This document shows, in pieces, positions 1 to 11,107 of a stretch of DNA of 64,000 nucleotides (positions within the stretch are counted from its first letter, which is position 1; each line of letters starts with the position of its first letter). The stretch is from Somniosus microcephalus. Its lineage: Eukaryota. The stretch is from contig CM126228.1 in assembly GCA_052327205.1 (NCBI GenBank), positions 45,446,001 through 45,510,000 of the forward strand. Direction: 5' to 3'. The position numbers and the translations under genes are program-made. The notes beneath the pieces were generated by a model. The model had not been told where the DNA came from, ran no database searches, and was given only the letters and a program-made list of their open reading frames with translations.

Positions 1-660
1 TTGGGGAATATTTGCAGTGAGGATACCCATGGAGAATGGTTCTTGAAATGCAGAACCTCACTGCAGTGCTTAATCTGTCAGTAACACAGCCTGGACCGTG
101 CAGCACTTCAAGATACACGGCCCACTATCCCTCCTGAATACATATTGAGCAGAGATTGTGCCTGGAGTTCACGACTGTGTGAAATGTCACAATTGTATTG
201 CGTATCTCATTCTGAATTTATACTGCAGCCTCAGTCTCTCACCAACAGCTGCAGCGTCAAATACAGACAGACAAGACCCTGTTTACACTCTGAACAGTCA
301 GCTCAGGACAGAGTTCTGTGCACGCCTGGTTAGGTATGTGCAAAGATTCTCTCCTAGCGGTTCAATATAAAAAAGCTTAACAATTGTGGATGGCAAGCTC
401 TGCGCTGTCTAAACATTTAAATGCATCACAGGTTGGTTTAAAAAGTATCCTTGGACACTTAGTGCGGCTCTGGTCAGGTGTCAAACCATGTGCAGCATCA
501 AAACATAGCAGTGTCAGCATCTCCTCCTCCAGGACGTCCCACACCACTTTACTCCGAGTCAGAACAGGTCCTTGTCTGGCTTTACAAAACAACTTTAACA
601 TCAGTGCTAAGTGGGAGCCATTACTACTGTGTACCTAGTTAGAAACCATTAGCAGACCAA

Positions 661-743
661 TGGTGTCAGCTGTGGCTCAATCAGCAGCACACTTGCCTCT
701 GAGTCAGAAGGTTGTGTAGTTCAAGTCCCACTCCAAAGACTTA
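661..743 (+). mobile_element. tRNA-derived SINE head fragment (SacSINE1/DeuSINE-like)
   Basis: GTCAGCTGTGGCTCA...GAGTCAGAAGGTTG...TTCAAGTCCCACTCC matches the heads at 6849 and 23033(-). Confidence 0.75.
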
Positions 744-894
744 TACCTAGTTATAAACTATTAGTACATTATACCTAGCTATTAACCATTAGTACTGTGT
801 ACCTAGCTATAAACTATTGGTACTGGATGAGTAGAACTTTCCTCCACCTGAACATTTGGAAGACAGAAGCCATTGTCTCTGGTCCTGCCATAAA

Positions 895-1476
895 CTCTGT
901 TCCCTGGCCACTGACTCCACCCCTCTTGCTGGCAATTGTCTGAGGTTGACCCAGATAGTTTGCAAACCTTGGTGTTGTATTTCACCCTGAGCTGAGCTTC
1001 TGACCACATATCCACTCCATCACCAAGACCACCTCTGTAACATTGCCCGTCTCCGCCCCTGCCTCAGCCCACCTGCTGCTGAAACCCTCAGCCATGCCTC
1101 TGTTACCTTTAACCTTGACTATTCCAATGATCACCTGGCTGGCCTCCCACCCTACATAAACTTGAGCTCGTCCAAAACTCTGCTGCCTGTATCCTACCTT
1201 GCACCAAGTCCCGTTCGCCCATCACCCCTGTGCTCGCTGACCTACATTGGTTCCCAGTCTGGCAGCCATCATATCTCTGTGATTTCCTGCAACCCTCCGA
1301 GATCTCTGTGCTCCTCCAATTCTGGCATCCTGCACATCCTCGATTTTAATCACTTCACCATTGGTAGCCGTGCCTTCTGTTGCCTCGGCCAAACATTTGC
1401 TTCCTATCGCACATGTGAAGCGGCTTGGGACGTTTTACTACGTTAAAGGCTCTATATAAATACAAGTTGTTGTTGT
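895..1476 (+). mobile_element. L2 LINE 3' fragment, degraded
   Basis: L2-like C-terminal remnants and a TATAAATACAAGTTGTTGTTG tail; homologous to 13655-14760(-) and 16350-16857(+). Confidence 0.7.
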
Positions 1477-2026
1477 GAACCCAACTATAAACAATTAGTA
1501 CGGTGCACCTGAGTATTGAGCAACATGCATCAATAGGCTGCAACTAGGAATATACCATTAGTACTGTGCACTTACTGAAAGGCCGTTAATGCTGTGTTTT
1601 TCTTCAATCAGTCATGGGATATGGGCCTCACTAGCAAACCCAGCATTTATTGCCAATCCCTAGTTGCTTTTAAGAAGGTGATAGTGAGCTGCCTTCTTGA
1701 ACTGCTGCAGTCCGTGTGGTGAAGTACTCCCCACCGTGCTGCTAGGTATAGAGTTCCAGGATTTTGTCTCAGTGATGATGAAGGAATGTTGATATATGTG
1801 CAGGTCAGGATGGTGTGTGACTTGTAGGGGAACTTGGAGGTGGTGGTGTTCCCATGAGTCTGCTGCCCTTGTCCTTCTAGGTGGTGAAGGTTGCAGGTTT
1901 GGAAGGTGCTGTTGAAGAAGCCTTGGCCAGTTGCTGCAGTGCATCCTATAGATAGCACATATTGCAGCCACGGTGTGCTGGTGGTAGAGGGAGTGAATGT
2001 TTAAGATGGTGGGTGGGCTGCCGATT

Positions 2027-4938
2027 GAATTTTTTGCATCTGTGTTCACTATGGAGAAGGACGATGTGGACATAGAAATCGGGCAGGGGGACTGTGATAT
2101 ACTTGAACATATTAGCTTTGAGAGGGAGGAGGTACTAGTGGTTTTAGCAGGTTTAAAAGTGGATAAATCCCCAGGCCCGGACAAGATGTATCCCAGGCTG
2201 CTGTGTGAGGCAAAGGAGGAGATTGCAGGGGCTCTGACACAAATTTTCAGAACCTCTCTGGCCACAGGGGATGTGCCAGAGGACTGGAGAACAGCTAACA
2301 TAGTACCATTATTCAAGAAGGGTAGTAGGGATAAACCAGGGAATTACAGGCCAGTGAGCCTAACATCAGTGGTAGGGAAATTATTGGAAAAAATTCTGAG
2401 GGACAGAATTAGTCTCCACTTGGAGAGGCAAGGATTAATCAGGGATAGCCAGCATGGCTTTGTCAAGGGAAGATCATGTCTGACCAATTTGATTGAATTT
2501 TTCGAGAGGGTGACTAGGTGTGTGGATGAGGGTAGTGCAGTGGATGTGGTTTACATGGATTTCAGTAAGGCTTTTGATAAAGTCCCGCATAGGAGACTGA
2601 TCAGGAAGGTAAGAGCCCATGGGATCCAGGGTGCCTTGGCACATTGGATCCAAAACTGGCTTAGTGGCAGAAGGCAGAGGGTGATGGTGGAAGATTGCTT
2701 TTGTGACTGGAAGCCTGTGTCCAGTGGGGTACCGCAGGGATCAGTGCTGGGTCCCTTGCTGTTTGTGGTCTACATTAATGATTTGGATGTGAATGTAAAA
2801 GGTATGATCAGCAAGTTCGCAGATGACACGAAAATTGGTGGGGTGGTAAATAGCGAGGAGGGAAGCCTCAGTCTACAGGACGATATAGATGGGTTGGTCA
2901 GATGGGCGGAACAGTGGCAAATGGAATTTAACCCTGAAAAGTGTGAGGTGATGTATTTTGGAGGGACTAACAAGGCAAGGGAATACACAATGAATGGTAA
3001 GACCCTAGGAAAGACAGAGGATCAGAGGGACCTTGGTGTGCATGTACATAGATCCCTGAAGGCAGCAGAACAGGTGGATAAGGTGGTTAAAAATGCATAT
3101 GGGATACTTGCCTTCATTAGCTGAGGCATAGAATATAAGAGCAGGGAGGTTATGGTGGAGCTGTACAAAATGCTGGTAAGGCCACAGCTGGAGTACTGTG
3201 TGCAGTTCTGGTTGCCACACTATAGGAAGGATGTGATTGCTTTGGAGAGGGTGCAGAGGAGATTTACCAAGATGTTACCTGGGCTGGAGCACTTCAGCTA
3301 TGAAGAAAGACTGGACAGGCTGGGGTTGTTTTCCTTGGAGCAGAGAAGGCTGAGGGGGGACCTGATTGAGGTGTACAAAATTATGAGGGGCATAGATAGG
3401 GTAGATAGAAAGGAACTTTTCCCCTTAGTAGAGGGGTCAATAACAAGGGGGCATAGATTCAAGGTAAGGGGCAGGAGGTTTAGAGGGGATTTGAGGAAAA
3501 ACTTTTTCACCCAGAGGGCACTGAATCACCTCGATGGTAAGGAGACCTACATCAGAATGTTGTTTATGGACTACAGCTCAGCATTCAACACTATCGTCCC
3601 CAACAAGCTGGCCACCAAACTCCAAACTCTTGGCCTGAACACTTCCCTCTGCAACTGGACCCTTGACTTCCTAACAAGCAGACCCCAGTCTGTCAAATTA
3701 GGTAACCACACCTCCCCCCCCCCTGACCCTGAACACAGGGGCCCCACAAGGATGTGTGCTGAGCCCCCTCCTTTACTCCCTCTTCACCCACGACTGTGTG
3801 GCTGTTAATGGTTCCAACACCATCATCAAGTTCGCCGATGACACCACGGTAGTAGGCCAGATCACCAACAACCATGAGTCAGCCTACAGGGAGGAGGTCC
3901 AGCATCTCGTGAAGTGGTGCGCCGACAACAACCTGGCCCTTAACACCAAGAAAACAAAGGAAATAATCGTGGACTTCAGGAAGTCCAAAGGCGGAAGTCA
4001 CACCCCCATCCACATCAATGGGGCGGAGGTGGAAAGGGTGGCCAGCTTTAAGTTCCTCGGAGTCCACATCACGGAAGACCTCTCCTGGTCCCTCAACACC
4101 TCCTCTCTGGTGAAGAAGGCCCAGCAGCGCCTATATTTCTTGAGGAGGCTGAAGGGATGTAATCTGTCACCCCCGATCCTCTCTAACTTCTACCGCTGCA
4201 CTATAGAGAGCATCCTGACAAACTGTATCACGGTATGGTACAGCAGCTGTAGCTCCCATGACTGGAAAGCCCTGCAGCGGGTAGTCAAAACTGCCCAACG
4301 CATCACCGGCACCCGGCTACCGACCATAGAACATATATATCAGAAACGCTGCCTACGGAGGGCACGGTCCATCATCAAAGACCCTACCCACCCCAGCCAC
4401 AGTCTGTTCGCCCTCCTACCATCTGGAAGACGTTACAGATGCATTCGCACCCGTACGACCAGATTTAGGAACAGCTTCTTTCCCAGGGCTGTCATCCTAC
4501 TGAACTCCACAAATAAACACGAAAGCCTGCACATCTGCCGATGCACTTTATTATGGTCATATTTATGCTAATATATATGTACAAATGTATGTTGAAATGT
4601 TTAAGTGTCCTAATCCAAATTGCACACTCTCGGGAGCCGCAAGCCTACATTTCGTTGTACTGCACTTGTGCACCAACAATGACAATAAAAGTTGATTTGA
4701 TTTGATTTGATTTGATTTGAATCTGGAACTCACTGCCTGAAAGGATGGTAGAGGCAGGAACCCTCACAACATTCAAGAAGCATTTGGATGAGCACTTGGA
4801 ATGCCATAGCATACAAGGCTACGGACCAAATGCTGGAAAATGGGATTAGATTAGACAGGGCTTGATGGCCGGCATGGACGCGATGGGCCGAAGGGCCTCT
4901 TTCTGTGCTGTATAACTCTATGACTCTATGACTCTATG
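2027..4938 (+). mobile_element. CR1 LINE, 5'-truncated, interrupted by Rex1
   Basis: ORF2 RT motifs [30 protein letters not shown] and KFADDTK; one stop at 3122-3124; (ATGACTCT)n tail; very similar to 34730-38128(-). Confidence 0.95.
3518..4719 (+). mobile_element. Rex1/Babar-type non-LTR retrotransposon, 5'-truncated
   Basis: [52 protein letters not shown]; frameshift at poly-C ~3714-3723; AATAAA followed by a (TTTGA)n tail. Confidence 0.85.
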
Positions 4939-5951
4939 AATGGATTGCTTCTTGAGTGTTGTTGCAGCTGCACCCATCCAGGCAAGTGAAGAGTATTCCA
5001 TCAAACTCCTGAATTGTGCCTTATAGGTGATGGAGAGGCTTTGGTGAGTGAGGAGGTGAGACACTCTCTACAGAATACCCAGCGTCTGACCTGCTCTAGT
5101 GCCACAGTATTCATGTGGCTGGTCCAGTTGAGTTTCTGGTCAATGGTGACCTCCAGGATGTTGATAGTGGGGGATTCAGTGATGGTAATGCCATTGAATG
5201 TCACGGGGCGGTGGTTAGACACTCTCTTGTTGGAGATGGTCACTGCCTGGCACTTCTGCGAATATTACTTGCCACTTATCAGGCTAAGCCTGGATGTTGT
5301 CCACATCCTGTTGCATGTGGTAACGGACTGCTTCATTATCTGAAGAATTGCGAATGGAATTCAACATTGTGTAATCATCAGTGACCAGCCCCATTTCTGA
5401 CCTTATGATGGAGCAAAGGACATTGATGAAGCAGCTGAAGATAGTTGGGACTAAGATGCTGCCCTGAGGCACTCCTGCAGCGATGTCCTGGGGCTGAGAT
5501 GATTGGCATCCAACAACCACAATCACCTTCCTTTGTACTAGATATGACTCCAGCCAGTGGAGCGTATTCCCCCTGATCCCCAATGACTTCAATTTTACTC
5601 GGGCTCGTTAATACCACATTTGGTCGAATGCTGCCTTGATATCAAGGGCAGTCACTTTCACCTCACCAATGGCATTCAGCTCGTTTGTCTATATTTGGAC
5701 CTGTAAGGCTGTAATGAGTGAGATCTGAAGCCAAGTGCTCCTGATGGAACCCAAACTAAGCATCAGTGAGCAAGTTATTGGTGAGTAAGTGTTGCTTCAT
5801 AGCACTGTTGATGGCTTTTTACATCAGTTTGCTGATGATTGAGAATAGGCTGATAGGATGATAATTGGTAGGGTTTGATTTGTCCTGCTTTGTACTTAAC
5901 TATGTACCATTAGTGCTGTGTACGTAGCTACATACTATTAGTATACCTACT

Positions 5952-6510
5952 CCATTTAGTCTCTTATTTTCCAAGGGTATGTGGCCTCCTTATTCTTCCT
6001 ATCAAAATGCACCACCTTGTTCATATCTATATTTAAATTCATTTGCCAATTACACACCCATTCTGCAAGTTTATTAATATCTTCTTGTATTTTGTCTTGT
6101 ATTCCTCAGTATTAACTACACCCCCCAATTTGTTGTCATCTGCAAATTTTGAAATTGTACTTCTGGTTCCTGAGTCCAAATCATTGATGTAAATTGTGAA
6201 CAGCAGTGGTCCCAGCACCGATCCTTGTGGAACACCACTTCCCATCTTTTGCCAGTCTGTGTAACTACCCTTAACCCCTACTCCAAAAGCAAAATACTGC
6301 GGATGCTGTAAATCTGAAATAAAAACAGAAAATGCTGGAAATACTCAGCAGGTTAGGCAGCATCTGTGGAGAGAGAAACAGAGTTAATGTTTCAGGTCGA
6401 TGACCTTATTTCTTAACTCCTACTCTCTGTTTACTGTTTTGTAGCCACCTTGCTATCCATTCTGCTACTTATCCCTGACTCCACGTGCTCTGACCTTAGT
6501 CATGAGTCTA
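5952..6510 (-). mobile_element. Old CR1 RT fragment
   Basis: [22 protein letters not shown]...KFADD on the minus strand. Confidence 0.85.
6284..6411 (-). mobile_element. Penelope-like element terminal fragment with a 14-bp flanking duplication
   Basis: Matches ~23607-23729; flanked by CTTAACCCCTACTC (6270-6283) and CTTAACTCCTACTC (6412-6425). Confidence 0.7.
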
Positions 6511-6954
6511 CTACATACCATTAGTGCTGTCTACTTAACTACGTACTACGTGCTTTATCGAAGTTTTGAAGATCATTTTCTTTTCCCCTCAAAAGTGTAG
6601 TTTTTCAAACACTTCACTGTGGATTGAATGGAATCGTGAATTCCGATTCTACCTCAGTGAAACTTTGCTCAGCAGTCATGCCAACCCTATTTCCCATTAA
6701 ACCATATCCATGTGGCAGTATTTCCCACACAAATCAGTACGTGACATATGCAAAGTGGGATATTGCACTTTACTCCCCCCACCCATTGCCTTGGGTGTTG
6801 TTGTACCCCGGGAAATAATTATATGTTAACCTTAAATAATAATTTGATGTCAGCCGTGGCTCAGTAGTAGCACGCTCATCTCAGAGTCAGAAGGTTGTGG
6901 GTTCAAGTCCCACTCCAGAGTCTTGAACACAAAATCTAGGCTGACACTCAAGTG

Positions 6955-7381
6955 CAGTACTGAGGGAGTGCTGCACTGTCGGAGGGGCAGTGCTGAGGGA
7001 GTGCCGCACTGTCAGAGGGGCAGTACTGAGGGAGTGCTGCACTGTCAGAGGGGCAGTACTGAGGGAGCGCCGCACTGTCGGAGGGGCAGTACTGAGGGAG
7101 TGCCGCACTGTCAGAGGGGCAGTACTGAGGGAGTGCTGCACTGTCGGAGGGGCAGTACTGAGGGAGTGCTGCACTATCAGAGGGGCAGTACTGAGGGAGC
7201 GCCGCACTGTCGGAGGGGCAGTACTGAGGGAGTGCCGCACTGTCGGAGGGGCAGTACTGAGGGAGTGCCACACTGTTGGAGGGGCAGTACTGAGGGAGTG
7301 CCGCACTGTCGGAGGGGCAGTACTGAGGGAGCGCCGCACTGTCGGAGGGGCAGTACTGAGGGAGTGCTGCACTGCCGGAGG
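6955..7381. repeat. 33-bp minisatellite, 13 copies (CAGTACTGAGGGAGTGCYGCACTGTCRGAGGGG)
   Basis: Direct count; 11-aa periodicity in the overlapping spurious ORFs. Confidence 0.95.
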
Positions 7382-7450
7382 TGCCGTCTTTCAGGTGAGA
7401 ATTTAAACCCAGGCCCCGTCTGCCCTCTCAGGTGGATGTGAAAGATCCCA

Positions 7451-8059
7451 CAGTGGAAGTTCTGTTCCAGTTATATAAAGTTCTGGTCAGACCCCATTTA
7501 AAGTACTGTGTTCAGTCCTGGGCACCACACCTCAGGAAGGATATATTGGTCTTGGCGGGGCGGGGTGGGGGGTGGAGGAGGGGGTGCAGTGCAGATTCAC
7601 CAGAATGCTACCAGGGCTAAAATGGCTAAATTATGAGGACAGGTTGCACAGACTGGGCTTGTACTCCCTCGAGTATAGAAGGTCGAGGGGTGATCTGATC
7701 GAGGTGTTTAAGATGATTAAAGGAGTTGATGGGGTAGATAGAGAGAAACTATTTCCTCTGGTGGGGGGAGTCCAGAACAAGGGGGCAGAACCTTAAAATT
7801 AGAGCCAGGCCGTTCAGGGGTGATGTCAGGAAGCACTTCTTCACACAAAGGGTGGTGGAAATCTGGAACTCTCTCCCGCAGAAAGCTATTGAGGCTGGGG
7901 GATCAATTGAAAATGTCAAAACTGAGATGATAGATTTTTGTTAGGCAAGGGTATTCAGGGTTACAGAACCAAGGCGGGTAGATGGAGTTAAGATCCAGAT
8001 CAGCCCTGATCCAATTGAATGGCGGACTGAATGGCCTCCTCCTGTTCATATGTTCCTAT
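7451..8059 (+). mobile_element. CR1 3' end inserted in the SINE
   Basis: [24 protein letters not shown] and FFTQRVV motifs, then a CR1 3' UTR with a TGTTCCTA-type tail. Confidence 0.9.
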
Positions 8060-8415
8060 TCAAAGAAGAGCAGGGGATTTCTCCCAGTGTCATTGCTGTT
8101 TGTGGGAGCTTGCTGTGCGCAAATTATCGGCAGTGTTTGCTACATTACAGCAGTGACTACACTTCAAAAGTAATTAATTGGCTGTAAAACGTTTTGGGAC
8201 GTCCTGAGGTCCCGCGAATTGCGTTCTATAAATGCAAGTCTTTCTCGCACCCAACATTGACTTGCTGTTGACTGTCCTTACACTGCAGCACTGCCAGTGA
8301 GAGCGCGGTGTTGCTAATTGTACCTGCCTTGTTTTTCGAGGAATGAGTGAAGTTTGGAGTCGCACTCAGTTGCTGGCAGCCTGCACGGTGAGCGCCTTCT
8401 CCCTGAAGCCGATCC

Positions 8416-8440
8416 ATTGGATTGAATGCAAATGACGTCA
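8416..8440. promoter_or_regulatory. Candidate promoter cluster: inverted CCAAT (ATTGG), octamer ATGCAAAT overlapping a full CRE TGACGTCA
   Basis: ATTGG 8416-8420, ATGCAAAT 8426-8433 and TGACGTCA 8433-8440, in unique CpG-containing DNA ~510 bp upstream of the MINAR1 ATG. Confidence 0.4.
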
Positions 8441-8947
8441 CGCTGGAGAGAAACAATGTGATTGCTGATCTTTCAGCACCACCAGCTTGTGGACAGCTCC
8501 CTCCAGCAAACACCCAAGTGACCGGCGCTGGGTGCTCAGCAAGGCTCGGCATCTTCAGTGTCGCTCACGGTGGACTTCAGCGTCCGGAGTTGAAGAAAAT
8601 AACAGGAGGAGTGTCGGCAAACTGGCTCTTGGGGAGTTATCGATCTGTTCCTATTATTGGTTGCGAATGAATTGTGAAGCCGGACTCCGGGCAGCTGAGC
8701 CACCTGCACACGGTGTGTGGAGGGCTGTGCAATCCTGGGCAGCTCGCTTCCAGAGGTAGAGGACGCTTCAGTCTCCCAGACCGTTTGGGGGAGTTTAAAG
8801 AGAAGATAAATTGCTTCAAAGGGTGTTTTGCCAAAAGCAGACGAGCTGGAGATAAGCCGGAGTGACACGGGAGAATTAGACGGCTACTTGGCTGAAGGGC
8901 GGGTGGAAATCAATTGCTTTTCAATCGATAGCATCGCGGGCGGGAAG

Positions 8948-11107
8948 ATGGAAGCTGCCCCGGAATACTCGCTTTTTCTGGTCCGGATCTTGGAGGAATT
9001 GGACGCGAATCACGGCACGGTTTCCTATCAGGATCTGTGCAAATTGCTTTGTGCTCGCTTTGATCTAACTCATTTGGCGAAGCTGAGGAGCCTTCTGTTT
9101 TACACCGCCTGCCTGGACCCGAATTTCCCAGCCACTCTTTTCAAAGAGAAATTGCGGTGCAACGCGGACAGCCCCCAGTCCAAGAAGATCATGATCGCCG
9201 CCGACATCGTCACCATGTTTAACCTGATTCAGATGAACGGCGGGGTCGCGAAGGAGAAGCTGCCCCATCGACACCAGCACAAGGTTAGGAAGAATGAATC
9301 TTTTGAATCCTGTCGATCAGACACTGAAATCTCTCGGATTCGCTCTCCGACTTATGCATCGAGCCACGACTCGATGGAGAGGGACGGCTGCAGTGAGCAC
9401 TCGGTGCCCAGAGCTGCCGATACATGTCCCGCATCCGACTGCAAAGACTGCCAGCGTCTCATTTGCACTTCCGACCCCAATGTTTTCCTCGGGATCAGGA
9501 ATGAGGGGCCAGAGGAGAGTAAAAGCAGGGCGGCCTCACTTGACCGACTGCAAGGTTCCCCAACTTTCAACGGCATCGACCCTCAGGCGTGTGTCATGCA
9601 GACCACCTATTTCCCCATGGATCCAGAGGAGGAATCAAACTCAGACCAAGACTCCCCGAGCAGGAAAACGGACAGGAGTGGGGAATTGGATTCGAGCGAC
9701 GAGGCGTTCACGATCAGCCCCTGTGTCCAGGGCAGACCTGTGTTCAATGGAGAACTTCAGGACATGCTCCCTTGTGTGGCCAAGCTGGTGCCAATGGACA
9801 AAGAGTCAGAAGATGAGGACCACGGCTCAGACATTCAAAAGAATGGGCCACGCTTCTCAACCTTTTTCAGTAACAGTTTTGAGATGCCCTATAGCAATCC
9901 TTACTGTGATTCCATACCATCGACAAGTCAAGAAAAAAGATACGTCAAGCATGAAAGTTTGGATGACCTTCAAGGAACCACCTATTTTGGCCCAAGTACC
10001 ATCTCACAGGAGCCCCGCAAACTCGCCGCCAAACACAACAAGCCGGCGCCTTGGCTGCTGAAGAGCTGGAGCCTGAACAACGACCAAGTCGAGGACTGTG
10101 AGAAGTATTTTTCCGCCGGGAAACCCACGGGCCACAGCCAGCGGTATCCGAGCAGTGTCAAGGAGGAGATGCTGGCCGAGGCTCGCCAGAGGCAGGCGGC
10201 GGCGGCGGCCGAGGCCATCAGCACCATGGACAGGGCGCAGAGCTACTTCAGCCAGGCTGGCGAGGGCTCGCTGGGCCGCCAGGTCAGCCCGTTCAACATC
10301 AAGGCCGAGCCGGCCGGCCAGAGCCAGCTGAGGAAGCTGAAAGATAAAAGTGCGGCGCAGCTGCTGAGCTTCGACCAGACGGCGAGTGTGGGCACCCAGA
10401 CCGAGCAGGCGGTGCGGGGCAAGTGCAAGGAGAGTGCCCAGGGGCATCACCCCAAGAGGATGCCCATCAAACAGTCGGATGAGGAGTCCGAGGGTCTCAG
10501 TGATGATATCAGTGACATTTTCAGGTTTCTGGATGACATGAGTGTGAGCGGTTCCACCGGCCTCTTGCAATCCTGCTACAACAGCACTGGTTCCCTGTCC
10601 CGCCTGCCCAAATCAGACGGTGGGAGCCCCGAGCCGACCCCGGCGAAAGCCAGCGCCCCCCACAAGGATCTGGGCAAGGGGCTTCGCCTCCACCAGTCCG
10701 GGGACGAAGAGCTCAAGATGAGCGTCTGCAAGCTGGTGCTGAGGATCGGCGAGATCGAGAAGAAGCTGGAGACTCTGTCCGGGGTCCGGGATGAGATCTC
10801 CCAAGTTCTGACCAAACTCACCAAATTGGATCAGAAGATCCAGGAGCCGGCGGCGGAGAATGTCTCTCCCGTCAGCAACAACGAGAGTCTCCGCGTCAAA
10901 GCCCTGAGAAAAAGTTTGTTTGTCCGCAGATCTTCCAGGTCCTTAACGGAGGAGAACAGCGCCACCGAGTCCAAGATCGCCAGCATCTCCAACTCGCCCC
11001 GGGACTGGAGGGCGGTGGGCTACAGCACCGAGCCGGGCATCACCCTGGGGGAGGCCAAGCACCAGGTGCCAACCGACAGCAAGGATTGGCAGCGCCAGTC
11101 CAGCGAG
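8948..11107 (+). CDS. MINAR1: MINAR1/KIAA1024/UBTOR-family protein, large first coding exon (720 codons)
   Basis: SLFLVRILEELD..TVSYQDLCK.LCARFDL..LAKLRSLLFYTACLDPNFPATLFK, KHESLDDLQ, SDDISDIFRFLDDMS, VCKLVLRIGEIE and SRSLTEENSATESKIASISNSPRDW match recalled human MINAR1. Strong Kozak context (AAGATGG). Phase-0 donor GAG|GTATTG sits where similarity ends. Could be a paralog. Confidence 0.92.

Larger units (their letters stand above)
1600..5890 (-). mobile_element. CR1/L2-superclade LINE ('family B'), 3' RT part, split into ~1600-2026 and ~4941-5890
   Basis: Minus-strand peptides GVPQGSILVPTIFSCFIN, FNGITITESPTINIL.VTIDQKLNWTSH and LNIHSLYHQHTVAA; homologous to 52585-53537 and 56570-57660. 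Confidence 0.8.
619..6550. repeat. Degenerate ~28-bp tandem repeat (ACCATTAGTACTGTGTACCTAGCTATAA-like), now in fragments at ~619-655, 745-826, 1480-1580, 5890-5950 and 6508-6550
   Basis: The same motif recurs at each boundary between the inserted retroelements. Confidence 0.7.
6849..8245 (+). mobile_element. SacSINE1/DeuSINE-like SINE with an internal tandem expansion and a CR1 insertion
   Basis: tRNA-like head, Deu-like core (GGATGTGAAAGATCCCA...GAAGAGCAGGGG) and L2-like tail (TATAAATGCAAGTC); colinear with the uninterrupted copy 22586-23033. Confidence 0.8.

Noticed and set aside
3152-3808. Apparent novel CR1-Rex1 fusion protein
   Set aside because: Chance in-frame junction of a nested insertion.
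6887-7441. Repetitive ORFs on both strands and a CRISPR-like periodicity
   Set aside because: Head-to-tail 33-bp repeat with no unique spacers, in eukaryotic DNA.
8828-8947. N-terminal extension of MINAR1 in the ORF track
   Set aside because: Starts at a non-ATG codon; homology begins at the ATG at 8948.
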